From NCBI GenBank assembly GCA_031285625.1, contig JAITVV010000053.1, positions 1-64,000 on the forward strand: 64,000 nt of DNA, written 5' to 3'. Shown one piece after another: positions 20,723 to 29,721 of the stretch. The translations under genes and the position numbers were made by a program. Below the pieces are notes generated by a model, which ran no database searches, was not told where the DNA came from, and worked only from the letters and a program-made list of their open reading frames with translations. The DNA is from Prevotella sp. Lineage in GTDB: Bacteria > Bacteroidota > Bacteroidia > Bacteroidales > Dysgonomonadaceae. Position 1 is the stretch's first letter, and every line of letters begins with the position of its first letter.

Positions 20723-21157
20723 TTATTTTTTCTTCAATATATACAAATCAGCCATATCTCCGGTAATTTTATTACCATCCATATCCAGTTGGGTTAAAGT
20801 GTTTTCACCGACAAAATATTTGCTGGGAGCATCTTTTACACCTTCCAGGGTAATCGTATTACCTTCGCCGTTCCATGTATAATTTCCTTTTTCTTCAAAA
20901 GTATCTTTTTTGCCAACATATACAGTCTTTTTCACAAAAGTATCGTCGCCTAGCTCGATAGTAACGATCATACCTTCTCCGCTGGCTGTAGGCACTTTAC
21001 CTTCGTAAGTTCCTTTATAGTCCAATGAATTTTTAGCATTGTGTTCGTCCACTACCTGGGTAGGTTCGGAGGTTGTTGGCTCCTGAGCTTTTTGCGTGTT
21101 GCCACCACAACTGTACATCAGTCCGATAGCTGCAACAACGATAAATAACTTTTTCAT
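20723..21157 (-). CDS. NlpE/CutF N-terminal domain lipoprotein (copper resistance family)
   Basis: Lipobox YSC; HNAKNSLDYKGTYEG, YFVGENTLTQLDMDG and LYILKK motifs. Confidence 0.82.
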   Translation of the reverse strand: MKKLFIVVAAIGLMYSCGGNTQKAQEPTTSEPTQVVDEHNAKNSLDYKGTYEGKVPTASGEGMIVTIELGDDTFVKKTVYVGKKDTFEEKGNYTWNGEGNTITLEGVKDAPSKYFVGENTLTQLDMDGNKITGDMADLYILKKK

Positions 21158-21471
21158 TTTTTCGTTTCTTTTTTATCCGTTTTTACTGTCACTTCATAAC
21201 CTAATTTCTTGATAGCTTCCTGAAGTTTCTCAACTGTTGTTTGACTCTTTTTAAACACAATAGTAACAGTCTTGTTTTCTAAGTTGACCTTCATGTCAGT
21301 TACTCCTTTTTCAAAAGCAATATTCTTCTCTATACGCTTTTGGCAATTTTCACATGTCATTGATACCTCAAAAACCACTGTTTCCTTATCAGTTTTTACA
21401 TTTTGAGCATTCAGTGTAAATCCTGCACTTAGCATCAAAATAAACGATATCACAAAAATTTTTACATTCAT
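21154..21471 (-). CDS. secreted heavy-metal-associated (HMA) domain protein
   Basis: MTCENC CxxC motif, AIKKLGYE, signal peptide. Start refined to 21471. Overlaps the next gene by ATGA. Confidence 0.85.
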   Translation of the reverse strand: MNVKIFVISFILMLSAGFTLNAQNVKTDKETVVFEVSMTCENCQKRIEKNIAFEKGVTDMKVNLENKTVTIVFKKSQTTVEKLQEAIKKLGYEVTVKTDKKETKK

Positions 21472-21547
21472 AGCTTCAAGTTTAGTGTTTAGTAAATAAA
21501 CAGATTTCATTATATAATGTTTAAAAAAATGATACTTTTTAAGTTTT

Positions 21548-24400
21548 TTATCCCATGTCGCACAGGCATGTAATCAGATTTCTATCTCCGAATGCATTAT
21601 CCACGCGTGCCACATTAATCCAGAATTTGTTTTGTTTTACAAATTCGAGAGGGTAAGCAGCTTTAGACCGGGGGTAAGCATGTTTCCATTCGTCAGCACA
21701 TATCTCATACTCAGGATGAGGAGCATTGATCAGTACATTGTCTTCTTTTGTATATGTTCCGTTCTCTACCTCCTTTATCTCTTCCCAAATCTGGTTCATG
21801 GTGTCTACAAAGCGGTTTAGCTCGGCAAGGCTTTCACTCTCGGTAGGCTCTATCATTAGTGTACCATGCACAGGGAATGAAAGGGTAGGAGCATGATAGC
21901 CGTAGTCCATCAGGCGTTTTGCAATATCACTCTCGGTGATACCCGATGTCTCTTTTACCTTACGGCATTCAAGAATCAGTTCGTGGCCTACTCTGCCCGA
22001 TGTGCCTCTGTAAACGATACCATAAGTATCTTTCAATAGCTCGGTCAGATAGTTGGCATTCAATATTGCTATTTTAGTAGCGTGGGTTAGCCCCTCGCCG
22101 CCCATCATGCGGATATATCCGTATGTAATAGGTAATATACCTGCACTACCATAAGGCGCAGATGCGACCGTATTCACAGTACTGCCATCTGTTTCAGGAT
22201 GGTGAGGGAGGAATGGGATAAGATGTTCGGCAACGCAAATAGGTCCTTCACCCGGGCCACCACCACCATGAGGTATTGCAAATGTTTTATGCAGATTAAG
22301 ATGGCAAACGTCGGCACCGATAAAGCCCGGATTGGTAAGTCCAACCTGTGCATTCATGTTAGCGCCATCCATATATACCTGCCCTCCCTTTTCGTGTACG
22401 ATCTTGCACATTTCCTTTATCTCTTTCTCAAAGATACCATGAGTAGAAGGATAAGTGATCATACATCCGGCAAGATTGTCTTTATGTTGATCTGCCTTTG
22501 CCTGCAGGTCTTCCACAACCACATTTCCGAGGCTGTCGCAATCTACTGTTACGGTCTCATATCCAGCTTGGATAGCCGATGCTGGATTAGTGCCGTGTGC
22601 CGATGCAGGGATAAGGATTATATTACGGTGTCCCTGCCCTATGCTTTCCTGATATTTGCGGATAGTCATTAGCCCGGCATATTCTCCTGCAGCGCCCGAA
22701 TTTGGCTGGAAGCTGACTCCTGCAAAACCTGTTATTTCTTTGAGGTATTCGCCTAGTTCGCCGATTAACTCTGTATATCCCTGTGTTTGAGATTTGGGAG
22801 CTAACGGGTGTATATTTTGGAATCCACCCAAAGAAAGAGGCAGAAGTTCAGACGCTGCATTCAGTTTCATTGTACACGATCCTAATGAGATCATCGAATG
22901 TGCCAGTGAAATATCTTTTCTATCAAGACGCTTGATATAACGCATCAGTTCTGTTTCGGTATGATACATGTTGAATACTTCATGTTGAAGATATTCACTC
23001 TTGCGTAAGAACTGATCTTTGATTGTTATTTTTTCAGGAAGATCGTCTATCATAAACACTTCCATACGTCCTGCGGCAAGTGAGAATACGGCCAGCAATT
23101 CATGCGCTTTGTATTCTGTAATTGTTTCATCTATACTGATACCTACTTCTCCTGCTTCGTAGTAGCGTAGGTTGATGTCGCGCATTTCGGCATATTCGCG
23201 TACAGCGTATTGTGATACGCCACTAGGTAGACCTATTTTCAACGTATCGAAGTATTGTTCATTCTGTACGGTGTATCCCAGTTCCTTTAGTTCATCGGCA
23301 ATCAGTGCTGTAGCCGAATGTATCTGGGTTGCTATGTTTTTCAAGCCTTTTGGCCCGTGATATACTGCGTAGAACCCTGACATGGTAGCCAATAGTGCCT
23401 GTGCTGTACAAATGTTAGAAGTAGCCTTTTCGCGTTTGATATGCTGCTCGCGGGTTTGCAAAGCCATGCGGTAAGCTGGTTTGCCATATGCATCTTTTGA
23501 TACTCCGATAATACGTCCCGGCACATTACGCTTATAGTCGTCTTTGGTCGCAAAGAAGCCTGCAGAAGGTCCGCCGTAAAACATAGGCACACCAAAACGC
23601 TGGCTACTGCCAAATGCGATATCCGCACCCCATTCTCCCGGAGGAACAAGCAATGTGAGTGCCATCAGGTCTGTGGCAACAGCTACTTTACAGTCCACAC
23701 TATGGGCCTTCTCAGTAAATTCTTTATAATCTACAACATTACCGTTCGAATTCGGATATTGTATAATTGCTCCGAAAAATCCGTCGGTAAGGTCAACTGT
23801 ATTATAATCTCCCACCACTACTTTTATGCCTTGCGGCTCCATACGGGTATTGATTACGGCAAGGGTTTGCGGGAATATGTTTTTGTCAACAAATAGCTTG
23901 TTTACATTGTTTTTTATCTGGTCGCGGCTGCGCAGCGCAAACATCATTGTTGCAGATTCTGCTCCTGCAGTAGCTTCATCCAACAGAGAGCAATTTGACA
24001 GTGGAAGCCCTGTGAGGTCGCTTACCATTGTCTGAAAGTTCATCAGCGCTTCGAGGCGTCCCTGGGAAATCTCTGCCTGATATGGAGTGTATGATGTGTA
24101 CCATACGGGATTTTCGAACACATTGCGGAAAATGGGTGCAGGTACAATTGTGTCATACCATCCCATTCCTATATAGGATGCACAAATACGGTTTTTGGAA
24201 GCCATCAGTGCCATCTCTTCAGCATATTCGTGCTCACTTAATGCTTCGGGAAGATTAAGTCCTCCCTGCAATCTGATATTGACAGGTATAGTCTGATCTA
24301 TAAGTTCGTCCAACGATTTTACTCCTATCTTGGACAACATCAGTTTCTCTTCTTCCGTATTGATGCCAATATGGCGATGTTGAAATTTTTGGGTCTCCAT
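21548..24400 (-). CDS. gcvP: glycine dehydrogenase (decarboxylating), glycine cleavage P protein
   Basis: Motifs YTPYQAEISQGRLEAL, REKATSNICTAQALLA and HLNLHKTF (PLP lysine). Confidence 0.97.
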   Translation of the reverse strand: METQKFQHRHIGINTEEEKLMLSKIGVKSLDELIDQTIPVNIRLQGGLNLPEALSEHEYAEEMALMASKNRICASYIGMGWYDTIVPAPIFRNVFENPVWYTSYTPYQAEISQGRLEALMNFQTMVSDLTGLPLSNCSLLDEATAGAESATMMFALRSRDQIKNNVNKLFVDKNIFPQTLAVINTRMEPQGIKVVVGDYNTVDLTDGFFGAIIQYPNSNGNVVDYKEFTEKAHSVDCKVAVATDLMALTLLVPPGEWGADIAFGSSQRFGVPMFYGGPSAGFFATKDDYKRNVPGRIIGVSKDAYGKPAYRMALQTREQHIKREKATSNICTAQALLATMSGFYAVYHGPKGLKNIATQIHSATALIADELKELGYTVQNEQYFDTLKIGLPSGVSQYAVREYAEMRDINLRYYEAGEVGISIDETITEYKAHELLAVFSLAAGRMEVFMIDDLPEKITIKDQFLRKSEYLQHEVFNMYHTETELMRYIKRLDRKDISLAHSMISLGSCTMKLNAASELLPLSLGGFQNIHPLAPKSQTQGYTELIGELGEYLKEITGFAGVSFQPNSGAAGEYAGLMTIRKYQESIGQGHRNIILIPASAHGTNPASAIQAGYETVTVDCDSLGNVVVEDLQAKADQHKDNLAGCMITYPSTHGIFEKEIKEMCKIVHEKGGQVYMDGANMNAQVGLTNPGFIGADVCHLNLHKTFAIPHGGGGPGEGPICVAEHLIPFLPHHPETDGSTVNTVASAPYGSAGILPITYGYIRMMGGEGLTHATKIAILNANYLTELLKDTYGIVYRGTSGRVGHELILECRKVKETSGITESDIAKRLMDYGYHAPTLSFPVHGTLMIEPTESESLAELNRFVDTMNQIWEEIKEVENGTYTKEDNVLINAPHPEYEICADEWKHAYPRSKAAYPLEFVKQNKFWINVARVDNAFGDRNLITCLCDMG

Positions 24401-24416
24401 GGTTAACATATAGGTT

Positions 24417-25058
24417 TTATTGTAAATAGAAATTGTTTCTGCTCTCCTCTTTAATAGTAGTCAGCGGCCCGTGTCCTGAATAGACAACGGTCTCAGGTGG
24501 TAGTTTCATCAATTTTTCTTTGATGCCCTGTATCAATTGTTTATGGCTGCCTCCGGCCAGATCGGTACGTCCTACACTTCCTCTGAACAGCACATCGCCT
24601 ACAAATATACAACCTGCATCCTGATTATAAAAAACAATGCTGCCGGGAGAATGACCCGGTATTTGCATTACAATGAGCCTTTGTTTACCAAAGGTTACAA
24701 CATCATTCTCATTCAGGTATTTTCCTATTTTAGGAATCCGGTTGTCCTCACTCGTAAAGCCGAACATCTGTAGCTGGGCAGGTAATTGCTCGAGGAGGAA
24801 TTCGTCTCCTTTGTTGGCTTCTGTATCCAGATGAAACTGTTCATGTATGAAGTTGTTTCCGAATACATGATCGAAATGCAAATGCGTGTTTAGTAAGTGC
24901 TTTACAACTAGCTCGTTGTCGAGGATGAAATTCAGTAATAACTCTTTTTCATCCTGAAAGAAACAACCCGGATCGATAATAACACACTCCTTGGTTTCGT
25001 CATATGCCACATATGTATTTTCGCTAATGGGGTTAAATTCAAATATTTTTACTTCCAT
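24417..25058 (-). CDS. MBL-fold metallo-hydrolase (glyoxalase II-like)
   Basis: Motifs THLHFDH, PGHSPGS, GDVLF and GHG. Confidence 0.9.
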   Translation of the reverse strand: MEVKIFEFNPISENTYVAYDETKECVIIDPGCFFQDEKELLLNFILDNELVVKHLLNTHLHFDHVFGNNFIHEQFHLDTEANKGDEFLLEQLPAQLQMFGFTSEDNRIPKIGKYLNENDVVTFGKQRLIVMQIPGHSPGSIVFYNQDAGCIFVGDVLFRGSVGRTDLAGGSHKQLIQGIKEKLMKLPPETVVYSGHGPLTTIKEESRNNFYLQ

Positions 25059-25425
25059 ATGTTGTCTTAGTAACTATCTAATGCTTTTTAAATTAAAGAT
25101 ATAATTTTACGGTGCAAAGTTATCTGTTTTTGACTATAACTTATAAGGTCATGCTGACTTTTTATTATTTTACATGCGAGTTTACGAGTTCTTAACTAAT
25201 AATATTAATTGTTGTTGAATTTGTGAGTTCGTTTTACTATGTTCTATAAAAAAAGTGACAAAAATAACAGAAGTAACAGGTTTTGCACATGTTTTGTTAG
25301 TGATGCGAATCAGTATTTGGAATAAATGCGTCAGCCTTTTTGAGATGTGATATGACGGAGGATACAGCTTTTTTACTGTTTCTTATTATTAGTTCAGTAA
25401 TTAATAAATAATGGATGCAACATTC

Positions 25426-25509
25426 TCTTTGTCATCCTGAGGTACGAAGGATCTCGTTTCTCAAAAGCAAAATAGACACGAGATGCTTCCTGTCGTCAGC
25501 ATGATAAGA
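25426..25509. repeat. TGTCAT...ATGACA palindromic REP-like element, copy 1
   Basis: TCTTTGTCATCCTGAGGTACGAAGGATCTC ... GAGATGCTTCCTGTCGTCAGCATGATAAGA. Confidence 0.8.
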
Positions 25510-25609
25510 AAGAAAATGATGTTGTAATAAATACTTTTCATTACTTACCAGTCTTCCTGTTTTGTCAAAGGTCTCACTAATAGATAATCTGAAGATGAAA
25601 ATATCATGA

Positions 25610-25639
25610 AAAAGAGCAGTCCAACCGAACTGCTCTTTT
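25610..25639 (-). terminator. intrinsic terminator downstream of the gene remnant
   Basis: AAAAGAGCAGT...ACTGCTCTTTT. Confidence 0.6.
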
Positions 25640-26128
25640 CTATTATCTACTCTTCCTCCACTTTTTCTATTAAGTTTAGGTGGTGAGGTCTTTAATTTAG
25701 GAGGATCTTTAGATATTACTTTCCATTCATGTCCATCACTATCAATGAATTTATCACCTACATTATAAGAAGACAAGTTGATATCTTTTTGTACGGTTCA
25801 TCCTTTCTGCTTGTAATTGGCGGTGGCGGAGGAGCTACTTTACTTTTGCCTTTTTCTGCATCTTCTATCTTGATGCTGGTCATAGTAAACTCTTCATCCG
25901 CGTCTTTGACTACCTTAGGAGACGTATCTGTGTTTACATCTACTTTTGTAGTTTGCTCTTTATCCTCAATTATTTTTATTGGTTCGCTATTGGCTTTTTT
26001 AGTGCAAAAAGTAAAAGCAAAAATCAAGAATAGCGGCAACACTATGATCTTTTTTAATACGGCTATGCGTGTTGATGTTGTTTTAGTCATCATGATCAAT
26101 CTTTTTTAGTTAATAAATAATCAAATAT
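25640..26128 (-). pseudogene. remnant of a BlaR1/M56-peptidase-type membrane protein (post-M56 segment)
   Basis: IFDYLLTKK, then a frameshift in an A6 run, then RLIMMTKTTSTRIAVLKKIIVLPLFLIFAFTFC and a PPPP linker. This resembles the end of Bacteroidetes M56 domains; the N-terminal protease part is absent. Confidence 0.5.
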
Positions 26129-26213
26129 TTAGAGAATTAATTTCAAAAAAATATATGTAAATTTATCGGTTGCAGGGAAATATGGTAAATCTTAGCTTTG
26201 CTAAAAAAAGAAT

Positions 26214-27245
26214 ATGAAAAAAGACGATATATTTTATCAGGCACTCCTTTCACGCGATTCGTCCTTCGAAGGGACTTTTATAGCGGGAATAAAGACGACA
26301 GGCATATTTTGCCGTCCTACATGCACAGCCCGTAAACCGAAAAAGGAAAATGTAGAGTTTTTTTCTACAACAAAAGAGGCTATACTGAAAGGTTATCGTG
26401 CCTGCAAAGTCTGTCATCCGATGGAGAAGGCAGGGAGTACTCCCGATTATGTAGACCGTGTGTTAAAACTTCTGGATGAAGATCCTTCATTGAAGCTGAA
26501 AGATTATGATCTGGTACAATTAGGGATAGAGCCAAGTAAGATTCGCCGTTGGTTTCTTAAAAACCATGGGATAACATTTCATGCCTATCAACGAATGTAC
26601 AGGATCAATTCTGCTTTTAAGAAATTACAGGCGGGCACATCAGTGACAGATATTGCTTTTGATTCGGGTTATGAATCTTTAAGTGGTTTTAATGATTCAT
26701 TTAAGAAAATATTTGGAGTATCTCCAAAGAATAGTAAAGAGAAGCAGGTAATTGACTTTATCAGGATAGAAACGGATTTGGGTACAATGGTTGCCTGTGC
26801 TACCGCAAAAGGTATCTGCTTACTTGAATTTTCAGATCGTAAGGGACTCGAAACCGAGCTAAAACAATTAGCTAAATCTTTTAATGCAAATATTATACAA
26901 GGACATAACAGTCATTTTGAGAAACTGAAAGAGGAGCTTAATGCTTACTTTAAGGGAAACCTCAAAGTATTTACTGTACCGTTGGATATATCTGGTACAG
27001 ATTTTCAGAAACAAGTATGGAAAGCTTTGACGGATATCCCGTACGGAAGTACCTCATCTTATCTCAAACAAGCGAAAACGTTGGGTAGACCGTCAGCTAT
27101 ACGTGCTGTTGCCAATGCTAACGGAATGAATAAGATTGCCATAATTATACCTTGCCATCGTGTTATAGGTTCGGACGGATCGCTCACAGGCTACGCCGGA
27201 GGACTGTGGAGAAAGCGCAAATTGTTGGATCTTGAAAAAAAATAA
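26214..27245 (+). CDS. ada: bifunctional Ada regulator / O6-methylguanine-DNA methyltransferase
   Basis: Zn domain GIFCRPTC..RACKVC, AraC HTH, IPCHRV active site. A TAGCTTTG -7 box lies at 26193-26200. Confidence 0.93.
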   Translation: MKKDDIFYQALLSRDSSFEGTFIAGIKTTGIFCRPTCTARKPKKENVEFFSTTKEAILKGYRACKVCHPMEKAGSTPDYVDRVLKLLDEDPSLKLKDYDLVQLGIEPSKIRRWFLKNHGITFHAYQRMYRINSAFKKLQAGTSVTDIAFDSGYESLSGFNDSFKKIFGVSPKNSKEKQVIDFIRIETDLGTMVACATAKGICLLEFSDRKGLETELKQLAKSFNANIIQGHNSHFEKLKEELNAYFKGNLKVFTVPLDISGTDFQKQVWKALTDIPYGSTSSYLKQAKTLGRPSAIRAVANANGMNKIAIIIPCHRVIGSDGSLTGYAGGLWRKRKLLDLEKK

Positions 27246-27351
27246 TAAAATTTTAACGTTTTGTATAATATAACTTGTTAATGTTCGTTTTGTCTTTATA
27301 ATCCAAATTTTAACATTTGGAATTACTAACACTAACAAACAATTAACTGTT

Positions 27352-27819
27352 ATGAGACAAAAACTTATTTTATTAACACTTTCTCTTGGTTTAGTTTTTA
27401 ATTTTCTTGCATGTTCCGACGATGACGATGATAAGAAGAACACTTCTGTCGTTGGCAAATGGAAATATAGCAAGGTTGAAGCTGAATTTGAAACCAATAA
27501 GCCTGCAACTGACGCTACTGTTAAGAAAGCTATTGAGGATATGTTTAATGCCAATTCTTTTGGTGAGCAGCTCGAGTTTCAGGACAATGGAAAATTAGTG
27601 GTTGGGGATAAAACCAGTGATTATCAGGTAAGCGGCAAGAAACTAACCATTGCTTATGGCGATGGCTATGCAACTCTTGATTTTGCTTTTGAAGGTAATA
27701 ACCTGATCTTATATATGGGTGCAGTGCAAGGCCTGGAAGATATCATTAAAGAGAATGAAGGTCTTTCGGGTGTAGAAGTTGTAACTGCTGTAGCTAAAAT
27801 ATATTATGCGAAGCAATAA
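27352..27819 (+). CDS. lipocalin-like lipoprotein
   Basis: Lipoprotein start LACSDDDDD; VVGKWKY lipocalin GxW motif. Confidence 0.7.
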   Translation: MRQKLILLTLSLGLVFNFLACSDDDDDKKNTSVVGKWKYSKVEAEFETNKPATDATVKKAIEDMFNANSFGEQLEFQDNGKLVVGDKTSDYQVSGKKLTIAYGDGYATLDFAFEGNNLILYMGAVQGLEDIIKENEGLSGVEVVTAVAKIYYAKQ

Positions 27820-27839
27820 TCAAAAATTGCTATATGTCA

Positions 27840-27863
27840 AATGCCCGGCGAATACCGGGCATT
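27840..27863. terminator. hairpin between convergent genes
   Basis: AATGCCCGG-CGAATA-CCGGGCATT. Confidence 0.7.
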
Positions 27864-27882
27864 CTTATTTTTGAGAGTATAA

Positions 27883-28536
27883 TTAATACCCTGCTGTGAA
27901 ACGTTGACGAGAGAATTTGTGGTTTTCGATCTCATCTACTACTGCCACAGCAAGGTCTTCTACAGATAATACCGATTCTCCGTCTTTGTCGAATACCGGT
28001 TCGTCTGTACCCAGTCTGTATTTGCCTGTACGTCCTGTTTTGATACCCTGATGCATATTGATTGCCGGGGAAAACATAGTCCAGTCCAGTTCTGTTTCTT
28101 TCTTTATTACATCCAGATAGTCTCTTGCTGCAGTCGCACCCGGTTTGATGCTTTCCGGAAAATCGTCTCCATCTACGATTTGTTTTCCGTCAATATATAA
28201 GCTGCCGGCTCCACCAATAGTGATATAGCGTTTTATCCCTGCTTCTTTTACTGCCTTTTGGATAGCTTCGCAACCATTCATAAAGTCGTTGTAAATATTA
28301 GGATTTGTCCATCCCGGATTGAATGCGCTTACTACAATATCATTTCCTTTCAGTGCTGTAGCCAATGCTTTACTGTCTGTTACATCAAGTGCTACGGTCT
28401 TAGGATTCCTGTTGTTTACAGGTATTTTATCAATCGAGCGTGCAAATGCAGTTACCTCGTATCCTCTGTTTACTAACTCAGTCAATAGGTGTGAGCCTAC
28501 AAAACCTGTTGCTCCTATTAATGCTACTTTCTTCAT
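27883..28536 (-). CDS. NAD(P)-dependent oxidoreductase (BVR-B/YwnB-like atypical SDR)
   Basis: Rossmann motif ALIGATGFVG; GGAGSL, GRTGKYRLG, SVEDLAVA. Confidence 0.88.
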   Translation of the reverse strand: MKKVALIGATGFVGSHLLTELVNRGYEVTAFARSIDKIPVNNRNPKTVALDVTDSKALATALKGNDIVVSAFNPGWTNPNIYNDFMNGCEAIQKAVKEAGIKRYITIGGAGSLYIDGKQIVDGDDFPESIKPGATAARDYLDVIKKETELDWTMFSPAINMHQGIKTGRTGKYRLGTDEPVFDKDGESVLSVEDLAVAVVDEIENHKFSRQRFTAGY

Positions 28537-28567
28537 GATTTTTCTTTTTTTGTATTAATATTTTATT

Positions 28568-28588
28568 CTGTATGTTTATTTGTTACAG
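28568..28588. promoter_or_regulatory. putative Rrf2 operator upstream of the oxidoreductase
   Basis: CTGTATGTTTATTTGTTACAG has the same CTGTA-N11-TACAG frame as 29019-29039. Confidence 0.6.
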
Positions 28589-28606
28589 TTTAGATTAAAA
28601 AATATA

Positions 28607-29017
28607 TCAGTCAAACCTTTTGCTGAAATCGTTTAATGTCTGCCCTGATAACTGGTTTATCATTATATTTTCAGCTTCCAGATTCAATTTATTCAGGTGA
28701 TCGTTTATTTGTTTACCAACTGGACATTTAGGATTAGGTGCAGCTAATTCGTTACCAAGAATAGTGCGTGGGCTGACGATTTTATATACATCCGACAAAT
28801 AAATCTCAGTTGCAGGTTTTGCCAGCATACATCCCCCGTTTTTACCTTCCTTGCTTATAACAATTCCATGCTTGCGAAGGTTCGATAGTTCTTTTCTCAC
28901 CAGCACAGGATTTATATTCATACTGCCTGCCAGGTAATCGGATGAAAGTAATTCTTCCGGGTTCTGGGCAAGAAGCACTAATATATGTATTGATATTGCA
29001 AATCTGCGATCACTCAT
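28607..29017 (-). CDS. Rrf2 family transcriptional regulator (YwnA-like)
   Basis: RFAISIHIL, SSDYLAGSMNINPVLVRK, GKNGG, PNPKCPVGKQI. Start refined to 29017. Confidence 0.9.
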   Translation of the reverse strand: MSDRRFAISIHILVLLAQNPEELLSSDYLAGSMNINPVLVRKELSNLRKHGIVISKEGKNGGCMLAKPATEIYLSDVYKIVSPRTILGNELAAPNPKCPVGKQINDHLNKLNLEAENIMINQLSGQTLNDFSKRFD

Positions 29018-29049
29018 ACTGTAATTGTTTTTATTACAGTACAAAGATA
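29018..29049 (-). promoter_or_regulatory. Rrf2 autoregulatory palindrome plus -7 promoter box
   Basis: ACTGTAAT-N7-ATTACAGT (29018-29040) abuts the ATG. TATCTTTG lies on the minus strand at 29042-29049. Confidence 0.7.
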
Positions 29050-29100
29050 GAGAAAAAAAATATAAAACAAAGGAAAAGAAGAAGAATAAGAATCTTTGCT

Positions 29101-29721
29101 TCAGATCAGTACATAAACGATTTTCTTTGTCTTGAAATATTCTTCTTCAAAGAACATTGACAAATCATCAGCTTCGGCAGCTTTTTTGAATGGTTTGAGC
29201 TCTCCTTCCAGATTACCTCCTTTGAGGCAAATAAGCCCGTTGGGTAGTGCGTTATGTTGATCCTTCGAAACATTTTTGCGGATGATCTTTACCAGGTCGG
29301 GTAAGGGCATCACAGCACGGCTGACTACAAAGTCGAACTTTTCCTTCACTTCTTCGGCGCGGCAATGGCGAAACTGAATGTTCTTCAGTCCAATAGCATT
29401 CGAAACCTCGGTGGCTACCCTTATCTTTTTCCCAATGCTATCCACTAATAAGAAGTTACATTTCGGGAATAGTATTGCCAGAGGTACACCCGGGAATCCG
29501 CCACCCGTACCAACATCCATTATTTGTGTACCATCGGTAAACTGTATCAGCTTGGCGATGGCTAAGGAATGGAGTACATGGTGTGTATACAGGTTTTCGA
29601 TGTCTTTGCGGGAGATTACATTTATTTTAGAATTCCAATCTGCGTAAAGGTCAAATAATGCAGCAAATTGTTCTTTTTGTTTCTCGGTGATATCCGGAAA
29701 GTATTTAAGAATTATATCCAT
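29101..29721 (-). CDS. rsmG: 16S rRNA m7G527 methyltransferase
   Basis: Motifs WNSKINVISR, HVLHSL, DVGTGGGFPG, SRAV and LKGG. Confidence 0.96.
   Translation of the reverse strand: MDIILKYFPDITEKQKEQFAALFDLYADWNSKINVISRKDIENLYTHHVLHSLAIAKLIQFTDGTQIMDVGTGGGFPGVPLAILFPKCNFLLVDSIGKKIRVATEVSNAIGLKNIQFRHCRAEEVKEKFDFVVSRAVMPLPDLVKIIRKNVSKDQHNALPNGLICLKGGNLEGELKPFKKAAEADDLSMFFEEEYFKTKKIVYVLI

Noticed and set aside
24417-25058. MBL-fold protein as a beta-lactamase resistance gene
   Set aside because: It has no signal peptide, has a glyoxalase II-type THxHxDH motif, and sits in a housekeeping context next to gcvP.
24400-25420. Glycine riboswitch upstream of gcvP
   Set aside because: Only 16 bp separate gcvP from the MBL gene, and I could not recognise the aptamer motifs upstream of the MBL gene. 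An Rfam scan would settle it.
25432-25776. 114-aa ORF as a real gene
   Set aside because: It runs through a terminator and ends inside REP copy 1; at most it is part of the adjacent gene remnant.
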